In this document: in pieces, positions 56,932 to 64,000 of the stretch
How the letters are laid out: the number at the start of each line of letters is the position of its first letter
How positions within the stretch are numbered: the first letter of the stretch is position 1
Source of the DNA: Deltaproteobacteria bacterium
GTDB taxonomy: Bacteria > Myxococcota_A > UBA9160 > SMWR01
Direction of reading: 5' to 3'
Length of the DNA: 64,000 nucleotides
NCBI GenBank assembly: GCA_032128115.1
Contig: JAQBHB010000098.1
Coordinates: 1 to 64,000, forward strand
Notes under the pieces: generated by a model
The model's input: the letters and a program-made list of their open reading frames with translations, nothing else
The model's database searches: none
Told to the model about the DNA's origin: nothing
Position numbers and translations under genes: made by a program

Positions 56932-59499
56932 ATGAGTAATCGGACTCAATCGCTCCGCGCTGGCTGGATCCTCGCTGCGCTAGCCGCAGCCGGCGTGATC
57001 GCCGCGCTGGCACTGACGGTCTACACGCGTCTGCCCCTGGGTCTGTGCGCGGTGCTGGGTGCGGCACCCTTCGCGGTAGCCGGGATCGCCGTGGCGCGCG
57101 CACGGCGAAGGCCCGGAGCGAAGCTCCCCGGGTCTTCGGATCGCTTGTTGGACCGGCGCGATCTCCCGGGCCTCTCACTGCTCCTGGTGTTGTTGTGCGC
57201 GCTGCTCCACCCGGTGCTGGTGGGAGGCCAGGGCCTGGTTCCGGTGGATGGCATCACACAATACGATCCCTGGCGCCAGGTCTTTGGACTCGGCGCGGCG
57301 AATCCGCTGCTGGCCGATCAGTACCTGCAGCTGATTCCCCAGCAGCAGTTCCTGCACGAGCACCTGGTGCGCGGGTCGTTCCCCCTGTGGAATCCCCACC
57401 TGGCGTGCGGGGTTCCGTTCCTGGCCTCGATGCAGGCCGCGGCCCTGTTTCCCATCAACCTGTTGCTGGCGCCCCTCGCCCCGTTCGCTTCGAGTGGGCC
57501 GGCCGCTCTCCTGAAGCTGTGGCTGGCGGGCTTCTTCACCTACTTGTTGCTGCGCTGCCTGGGTGGGTCGCGGGCGGCCGCCACCCTGGCAGCCATCGCG
57601 TTCGCCTTTTCCGGCTTCATGATCATCTGGCTGGGGCACCCGCACAGCAACGCCGCCATGTGGCTGCCGCTGTTGCTGTTCTGCATCGAGCGCGCGGTGG
57701 TGAGCGCCGGCCGGCCGCTTGCCTGGCGTTTCTGGGCCGGATTCGCCGCGGCCTACGCCGCCGTTTGGCTCGGGGGGCACCCACCCACCGCCGTCCACGT
57801 GAGTGCCGTGGCGGCCCTCTACTTCGCGTTCCGCTGGACCGCGACTCGCGCCGACGGCGCTTCGGCTGCGCGGACGGCCGGCTTCGCCGTGGCTGTGGCC
57901 GGCGGCCTGCTGGCTGCGGCGGTCCAGATCCTGCCTTTCCTGGAATACTACTCGCTGAGTTCCGCGCCCCTGGCCTCGGAAGCACTCGACCGCGCGGCCA
58001 CGCGCCTGCCGCCTCAGGCCCTGGTGCACCTGTTGCTTCCCTTTCTCTCGGGAAGTCCCGTGGTCGGATTGGGTCATATGGCGACCAACCTCGGCATCGG
58101 CCGCGAGCACAACTTCCACTCGTACACCGGCTTCTTCGGGGTGGTGACGTTCGTGCTGGCGGGGCTTGCCCTGTTGCTTCGTCGCGACGGCACCACGCGT
58201 TTCTTCGGTCTGCTGGCCGCGGGTTGTCTCCTGATCGTTCTGGGGGTGCCGCCACTGCCGTCCGTGATGGCTGCGCTTCCCGTGCTCGGCGACATGGCCC
58301 ACACGCGACTGTTGCTGGTGGTGGGCCTGTGTGGCGCGGTGCTTGGCGGACTGGGGCTCGACCAGCTTGGGCGCCCAGCGGGCGAACGCCGTCGACTGGC
58401 CGGTTTCGTGGGGTTGTGGCTCGGCGCGTCCGTGATGCTTGCGCTCGCATGGGTGGAGCTGCAGCCGTCGCTGCGCGCACCGAGGGCTTTCGACTTCGTG
58501 GTTCGCCAGTTCGCGGTTTTCGGGGCCACGTTGCTGGCCGTCACCGGCGTCACCCAGTTGAAGTCGCACCGGCGCCTGGCGGTGGGGGTGTGCCTGGCGG
58601 TGTTGAGTGCCGAGATGTCGTGGTTCGCCTCGGGCTACAACCCGAGCATCGAGCGATCCCGGTACTACCCAGCCACGCCCGGCATCGAGTTGCTCGAGGC
58701 CGACGACTCGGTGTACCGCATGATCGGAATGGGAACGGTGCTGCCGCCGGACACGCCCATGATCTACGGAATCGACGACGTGCGCGGCCGCGACTTCATG
58801 AACGTCCGGCGTTACGAGGAGCTGTTCCGGGGGGAAGCCGGCGACTTCGGATTCCTGGGCGCCATCTCCCTGCCGCCCGCCGTTGCACTGGCCCTCAACG
58901 TGAAGTACCTGGTTTCTCATCGCGGCGACATGACGTTTGCGGACTTCATGGAACGCATCCACGACGGGGACGTATCGATCTACCGCACGAACCCGTATGT
59001 GGAGCGTGCCCTGATCGTCCGCGATTTCCAGGTGGCCGAAACGCCGGCCGTTCTGGAGGGGATGCGCGACGGCAGCTTCGACCCACGCGAGATCCTGTTG
59101 CTCGAGGCGCTGCCTGCGGTCTGGAATGGCCCGTCGGGAACGCCTGCGGCGGCGGATGCGGCTTCGATCACCGCGTATGCGCCCGATCGTGTCGAGATCG
59201 AGGCCGCACTCAGCGAGCCGGGCTTTCTGGTGTTGCTGGACACCTGGTTTCCGGGTTGGAAGGTCTACGTGAATGGGCGCCCCCGCCCGATCGAGCGGGC
59301 AGACTACAACTTTCGCGCCGTGGGTCTGCCGGCGGGCACCTGGCAGGTGACGTTCGCCTACCGGCCGACGAGTTTCGCGTTGGGGGCCACGTTGTCGCTG
59401 ATGGCCACGGCGGGGCTGTTGGCGCTGGCGTCGGGCGCTTTGCCGCGAAGCTCGCGGGCTGCAGCCAGCGAGAACAGAAAGGCGCCGCCGGCCGCGTAG
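56932..59499 (+). CDS. YfhO family membrane protein (GT-C fold glycosyltransferase)
   Basis: PLWNPHLACGVPFLA, AFAFSGF, GGHP; C-terminal LVLLDTWFPGWKVYVNG...FRAVGLPAGTWQVTFAYRP. Confidence 0.88.
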   Translation: MSNRTQSLRAGWILAALAAAGVIAALALTVYTRLPLGLCAVLGAAPFAVAGIAVARARRRPGAKLPGSSDRLLDRRDLPGLSLLLVLLCALLHPVLVGGQGLVPVDGITQYDPWRQVFGLGAANPLLADQYLQLIPQQQFLHEHLVRGSFPLWNPHLACGVPFLASMQAAALFPINLLLAPLAPFASSGPAALLKLWLAGFFTYLLLRCLGGSRAAATLAAIAFAFSGFMIIWLGHPHSNAAMWLPLLLFCIERAVVSAGRPLAWRFWAGFAAAYAAVWLGGHPPTAVHVSAVAALYFAFRWTATRADGASAARTAGFAVAVAGGLLAAAVQILPFLEYYSLSSAPLASEALDRAATRLPPQALVHLLLPFLSGSPVVGLGHMATNLGIGREHNFHSYTGFFGVVTFVLAGLALLLRRDGTTRFFGLLAAGCLLIVLGVPPLPSVMAALPVLGDMAHTRLLLVVGLCGAVLGGLGLDQLGRPAGERRRLAGFVGLWLGASVMLALAWVELQPSLRAPRAFDFVVRQFAVFGATLLAVTGVTQLKSHRRLAVGVCLAVLSAEMSWFASGYNPSIERSRYYPATPGIELLEADDSVYRMIGMGTVLPPDTPMIYGIDDVRGRDFMNVRRYEELFRGEAGDFGFLGAISLPPAVALALNVKYLVSHRGDMTFADFMERIHDGDVSIYRTNPYVERALIVRDFQVAETPAVLEGMRDGSFDPREILLLEALPAVWNGPSGTPAAADAASITAYAPDRVEIEAALSEPGFLVLLDTWFPGWKVYVNGRPRPIERADYNFRAVGLPAGTWQVTFAYRPTSFALGATLSLMATAGLLALASGALPRSSRAAASENRKAPPAA

Positions 59500-60872
59500 A
59501 AAGGTGCCACCAGTGTCAGCACGGGCAGGTAGTAGCGGCCCCAGGTGAACGGCAGCCAGAGGCCGGTGGCGACGGTCGTGATGCCCGCGATCAGGGCCAG
59601 ATAGACCGCCAGCTCGCGGCTTGGCGGCCCGGTGCGAACCCGGAACAACCAGAACGCGCCGAGCGCAGCCAGTCCGAGCGAGAGGCCGGTCGCTCCCACG
59701 CTGAAGGGAAGCAGCCACCCACTGGCCAGGATCGCCAGTTCGAGGGGGCCTCGCGCCCCGCGAGGCTCCGGCAGACGGAAACGAAATCGGCGCATGGCCA
59801 ACAGGAGTCCCAGCGCGGCGGCCGTGGCCACGAGCCACAGCTTCGGGCGCAGCGCGGCGAGGCGCGGCTGGAAAAATGGGGGCCGTATGAGCGAGGCCCT
59901 GAGGGTGGCCGACAGTCCTTGCAGCGGCGAGGAAACCACACTCGGCGCCAGCGCGGGATCCCGCTGCTGCTGTTGCTTGAGCTCCGACCAGCTCGACAGG
60001 AAATCCAGGCTGCGCCCCACCGGGTCGGGATACAGATAGGGATTGATCGCCACGAAGATGGCCAGGGGCACGCTGGCCACCAGCGCCGCCCGACGCAGAC
60101 GGGCGCGCAGTGGCCCCGGGCGCAACAGCACGAACAAGCCCGTGGCGAATACCAGTGGCGCCGAGCTGAACTTCACGGCGCACGAGAGTCCCATCCCCAC
60201 CAGCGAGACGGCGAAGGCGAGGCGGGACGAGTGCCGCACGAACACGGCGAAGGACGCTGCGGCCGCCGCCAGGAACGCCAGCTGCGGAATGTCCATGTAG
60301 ACCTGGGTCGCGTGGATCTGGAAGATCGGGGACAGGAACAGGGCGGCCGGCGCGATCAGGGCGGCCCACGGATTTGCGGTGAGTTGCCACGCGAAAACGT
60401 AGATCGCGACCAGTGTCACGATCGCCGCGGCCACGATTCCCAGGCGCACGGGCACCAGCAGGCTTCGCGGCGGGATGTTGCCGCGAGCCTGATTCTCTTC
60501 GTAGCCGAGCCGCCACTGCCACTGATAATCCACCGGGTCGGCCGGATCGCGGTGGAGTGCCACCAGGGCGCCGGTCATCAACTTGCCCAGCGGCGGGTTC
60601 ATGTTTCCCCAGAAGGCCAGTCCGGCTTCGTCGTACGCGGCTTCCCAGCGAGCGGGCGGTGCGAACCCTGTCGCGAGGCCAAAAGTCAGATAGCTGCTGG
60701 TGATCCAGGCCGGCTCGTCCACCTGGCACCGATGCGAGGGATCGCGGGCCAGTGCCACCAGGGAGATGCTGCACACCAGGAACAGGACCCCTGCGAACCC
60801 GTGCGCTGGCGAGATCGGGAGCGATCGGATCCAGTCGGCTGCACGGCGGGCCACGTGCCGTGGATCGGCCAC
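59358..60872 (-). CDS. GT39/PMT-like (ArnT-type) membrane glycosyltransferase
   Basis: VDEPAW, NPPLGKL, YMDIP, GLSCAVKF, INPYLY, RYYLP; polytopic. Confidence 0.75.
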   Translation of the reverse strand: MADPRHVARRAADWIRSLPISPAHGFAGVLFLVCSISLVALARDPSHRCQVDEPAWITSSYLTFGLATGFAPPARWEAAYDEAGLAFWGNMNPPLGKLMTGALVALHRDPADPVDYQWQWRLGYEENQARGNIPPRSLLVPVRLGIVAAAIVTLVAIYVFAWQLTANPWAALIAPAALFLSPIFQIHATQVYMDIPQLAFLAAAAASFAVFVRHSSRLAFAVSLVGMGLSCAVKFSSAPLVFATGLFVLLRPGPLRARLRRAALVASVPLAIFVAINPYLYPDPVGRSLDFLSSWSELKQQQQRDPALAPSVVSSPLQGLSATLRASLIRPPFFQPRLAALRPKLWLVATAAALGLLLAMRRFRFRLPEPRGARGPLELAILASGWLLPFSVGATGLSLGLAALGAFWLFRVRTGPPSRELAVYLALIAGITTVATGLWLPFTWGRYYLPVLTLVAPFYAAGGAFLFSLAAARELRGKAPDASANSPAVAISDNVAPNAKLVGR

Positions 60873-60944
60873 GCCGGGGCCCGACTCAAGGCCCGATCCC
60901 CGGAACTCCCCGTGGAAGCAGCGCCTCTTCCGGGACCCGGGAGA

Positions 60945-63239
60945 TCAGCGCTTCGCGATGGTGCGCGCCCAGGGGGCGAGGTCCGCGTCGGGCCATTCGG
61001 ACGACACGCCCAACAGGTCCGCCAGGACGCGGGGCACGCCGGCCAGAGAGGGCTGACCCGGGGTGCGGCCCGCCGGGATGCCGGGGCCCTCGGCCACGAA
61101 GATCGCCTGGCGCGAGTGCTCCATGGCCGTGCGGATCCCGTGGTCGGACATCACGATCAGCACGTCGTCTTCGTCCAGCATGGCGTGCACGGCCGCGAGT
61201 CGCGCATCGATGTATCGATATACCGAGTAGAGAAGACCCCGTCCATCGTCCTGGCCGGCTTGCGCCGTTTCCGCGAAGTGGGCATGGGTGAGGATGTCCA
61301 GGGGCTCGATGCGCAGCGCCATCAGATCCACCTCGCCCGCGCGGATCACCTCTTCCGCCGTGTCGAACTCGGCGGCGATGGTTCGGATCATCAGATCGTC
61401 GCGTTCAGTCCCCGGCCTCGCCAGCGCCGGGAATCGTGCGCTCTCATCGGCGTCCAGGTCTCGTGCACTGCGGGTCAGCGCCACGCGCTTGCGCGCACCC
61501 TCGGGCCCGGTGACCTCGGCGTGACGCCCTGCGCGCACCCCGCCGTGGGCGAACAACAGGTTCGCCGCCGAGAGCGGGCCCGCGCCCAGGCGCGAGAAGA
61601 GGTTCTCACGCTCGGGAAGCAGCCAGTCGAGCGCGGCGAAGGGGTTGTCGCCAATCGAGGACAGGCCGGCCAGCTCGACGCCCATCTGGTGCACCAGCCC
61701 CAGGAACGACACGGCGCGCGTATCGCCCGGCCAGACCAGGGCCTCCAGGGCGGCGGCGGTGAGCGGCGGGTCGCTCTCGAGCACGGCGCGCCGACCCCGG
61801 GCAATCAGCTCGTCCAGGAATCCCAGCTCACCGCGCGTGCGCAGGTATTGCACCAGGCGCCAGTCGCCGCAGTCGAGCAGCAACAGGGCGACGCGCCGGC
61901 GGCCGTCGCCGGGAAGGCGAACCCACGCGTGTGGTTCCGCGCGGACTGGGGCTCCGGGGATGATGGTCACATCCACCGGTTCACCGGGAACCGGAGACAC
62001 CGTGCCCGACGCCGTGGTGTGACCGGCGGCGTCGCGATAGACCCATCGTTGGGGGGCGATTCCGAAGGCGCGCCGGGCGGTCACGCGTCCGGTCTCCGAC
62101 AGGGGAAGCAGCTCGTAGTCCGCGTCCACCGGTTCACCGGGCTCGGGCGAGAGCCAGAGTTCGGCGCCGGAGGCATCGACGGGAGCCGCGAAACGCAGGC
62201 TGCCGAGGCGCGTATCCAACGATTCCCCCAGCAGATCCCGGTGGCGGGCGGCGCGCTCGAGTTCCGTGCGCGTGAGGCCCGCCAGCTCGAACCGCTCGCG
62301 GGTCTGGTCGTAGACGCCCAGGGCCTCGTCCACGCGCCCCGCGTTCACCAGGGTGAGAATCAGCCGGATCGCAAGCGTCTCATACAGGCGCGGGTCGAGC
62401 CCTTCGGGCTCGGCGAGTGCGCGCTGTAACAGCTCGATGGGATCGTGTTCCGGGTCGGACATGCCGGCCATGCTGAGGGTGAGCGCGTAACGCGCGCGCA
62501 GGTCCACAGGATCGCCGCCGGTCCGCTCCCAGGCGCGGAAGGTACGGCGCACGCCTTCCAGGTCGCTGTCCCAGGCGAACGCCATGGCCCGGGTATCGAA
62601 CCAGCGCGCCACGTCGTCCGGGTGCTCCACATCCGCGGAGTCCAGGCTGCCCAGGACCTGGAGGGCCTGGTGCGAGTCGCCCCGCATCAGGTATCGGGTG
62701 GCCAGGCTGGATCGCATGCGAAGCTCGTGGGGGCCGCCGCCGCCGAGCCGGGACTCGAGTTCGCGCAGCACGAGGCCCTCGTCTTCTACGGAACCGCGGG
62801 TGACGAGTTCCAGGTAGAAGAGATCCGGGTCGTCCGGATGCTGGCCGCTGGCGCGGCGCGCGAGATCGGCGGCTTCGAGGGTGCGCCCCTCGTCGCGCCA
62901 TGTCTGGATCAGGTGTACGGAGAGGATCGCGTTCGGTGCCCAGTCTTTCGCGTCGGGTGCGGCGAGCACGTGCTCCATCAGTTCGGAGCACTCCGCGCCC
63001 GAATCGGTGGCGATCAGGGCCAGGCAGCGGCACTCGGCCGCAAAGCGGCCAACGGTGCCCCCCGGCCGCTCCGCGGTGCGGGCCAGTGCCGTGTCCCAGT
63101 CGCCGGCCTCCACGGCTTCGCACGCGTCGAGCGCCATCATCTGGACGCGCGAGGTCTGGTACGAAACCAATGCGATGCCGGCCAGGGCGGCAAACAGCGC
63201 CGCAGCGATGGCGGGCCGCGCCGGGCCGTGCCGCTTCAA
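60945..63239 (-). CDS. Membrane-anchored TPR-like plus alkaline phosphatase superfamily (phosphodiesterase-like) protein
   Basis: N-terminal TM, helical repeats, then LLLLDCGDW, LDILTHAHF, YRYIDARL, IVMSDHG. Confidence 0.8.
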   Translation of the reverse strand: MKRHGPARPAIAAALFAALAGIALVSYQTSRVQMMALDACEAVEAGDWDTALARTAERPGGTVGRFAAECRCLALIATDSGAECSELMEHVLAAPDAKDWAPNAILSVHLIQTWRDEGRTLEAADLARRASGQHPDDPDLFYLELVTRGSVEDEGLVLRELESRLGGGGPHELRMRSSLATRYLMRGDSHQALQVLGSLDSADVEHPDDVARWFDTRAMAFAWDSDLEGVRRTFRAWERTGGDPVDLRARYALTLSMAGMSDPEHDPIELLQRALAEPEGLDPRLYETLAIRLILTLVNAGRVDEALGVYDQTRERFELAGLTRTELERAARHRDLLGESLDTRLGSLRFAAPVDASGAELWLSPEPGEPVDADYELLPLSETGRVTARRAFGIAPQRWVYRDAAGHTTASGTVSPVPGEPVDVTIIPGAPVRAEPHAWVRLPGDGRRRVALLLLDCGDWRLVQYLRTRGELGFLDELIARGRRAVLESDPPLTAAALEALVWPGDTRAVSFLGLVHQMGVELAGLSSIGDNPFAALDWLLPERENLFSRLGAGPLSAANLLFAHGGVRAGRHAEVTGPEGARKRVALTRSARDLDADESARFPALARPGTERDDLMIRTIAAEFDTAEEVIRAGEVDLMALRIEPLDILTHAHFAETAQAGQDDGRGLLYSVYRYIDARLAAVHAMLDEDDVLIVMSDHGIRTAMEHSRQAIFVAEGPGIPAGRTPGQPSLAGVPRVLADLLGVSSEWPDADLAPWARTIAKR

Positions 63240-64000
63240 GAAGGATCTCCCGGCGAGCCCTCGAGGCGCGCCGTCAGCTTCACCAAGTCACCTTCCGGGC
63301 GGCCCTGCACGGACATGCGACTCCAGGGGATGGCCCCGCGCGGATCGACGGCCTGGCCACCCAGGTGCTTCGCGAGTCGTGCGTCGGCCTCTGCGAAGCG
63401 CGCCAGATCGATCACGGCCCCGCTGCCGGCGGCCGGGTCCGAACGCGCCTCCCCGGCCAGGGCCCGGCGCAGACTGGCGGGATTCCAGCTCACCACCAGG
63501 GCGTTCTCGAGAGCCACGTAGCAGGGGGCCAACGCGGGCAGCAGGTTCAGGTCCAACAGGCAGGCGCCCGCCAACGAGCCCACCGCAAATTGCGATCGGT
63601 GCACCGGCCATGTCTCCATGATTTCGGCGATGAAGCTCTCCATGCCGACGATCGCGGCGTCGCGAGCACGGAACCCGAGGGCCAGGGCGGCCGGCGGCAT
63701 GGCGCCGCCGTCAGTGGGTGCGTACACCGCCATCTCCCAGGTTCCGTCAAGCACGGCACCTGCGAACAATTCGCTCTTGAGTCGGAACAGGCGGTCCGCC
63801 TGCCCGCCAGAAGTGATCTGGTCCGCGATCGCAAGCCCGTGTCGCCCGCGCACGCGCACATGGAGCAGGCTTCCGTCCACGCTGAGTACTCCGGGACCCG
63901 GCGAGGCGTCGGCGGGCGAAAGCAGGGCGAGCAATCCCTGGAAGGCCTCGTCCGGAAGTTCGAGCGCAAGGTCCACGTCGCCGTCTTCGCGGATGGAGAG
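63236..64000 (-). CDS. Hypothetical protein, 3' part (start lies beyond the window)
   Basis: Frame open from the window edge (LSIREDGDVDLALELPDE...) to TGA at 63236, overlapping the next gene's TTG start. Confidence 0.65.
   Translation of the reverse strand, partial: LSIREDGDVDLALELPDEAFQGLLALLSPADASPGPGVLSVDGSLLHVRVRGRHGLAIADQITSGGQADRLFRLKSELFAGAVLDGTWEMAVYAPTDGGAMPPAALALGFRARDAAIVGMESFIAEIMETWPVHRSQFAVGSLAGACLLDLNLLPALAPCYVALENALVVSWNPASLRRALAGEARSDPAAGSGAVIDLARFAEADARLAKHLGGQAVDPRGAIPWSRMSVQGRPEGDLVKLTARLEGSPGDPS

Noticed and set aside
57045..62429. 1794-aa plus-strand ORF
   Set aside because: Arg/Gly/Pro-rich with no motifs; off-frame to yfhO and antisense to two well-supported genes. 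A shadow ORF of high-GC DNA.

Overview
A gene-dense, very GC-rich bacterial chromosomal segment (about 70% GC by eye). Gene content (PEP-CTERM and Cys-CTERM surface proteins, HpnN-like RND, LLM/SDR/amidohydrolase paralogs) suggests Myxococcota or a related lineage; this is inference only. I call about 50 CDSs and found no rRNA, tRNA, CRISPR array, integrase or transposase. Recognisable genes include ahcY (partial), ilvC, an hpnN-like MMPL transporter, cyclophilin, bfd-bfr, addB-addA, a ThDP enzyme, a five-gene tungsten aldehyde oxidoreductase (AOR) cluster, an ALDH, asnS and several envelope glycosylation or modification genes. Signals the ORF track misses or does not explain: (1) a UGA-recoded selenoprotein (YASW-U-GC thioredoxin fold, 10644-11693) with a SECIS-like hairpin, split into two ORFs in the track; (2) a 899-aa Cys-rich repeat surface protein with a C-terminal CGIGFEL-TM-RRRRR signal, next to a PEP-CTERM gene with a sigma-54-type promoter; (3) an OgdA-like 2-oxoacid decarboxylase directly before the W-AOR cluster; (4) a 66-aa in-frame collapsed Rieske oxygenase relic; (5) a CotH kinase followed by a probable CotH pseudokinase/beta-helix lipoprotein; (6) a bacterioferritin lacking both ferroxidase His ligands, followed by an IF1/zeta-like helix fused to a TerB-like domain; (7) several apparent leaderless promoters and two short tandem duplications. 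All assignments come from motifs recognised by eye; no searches were run.
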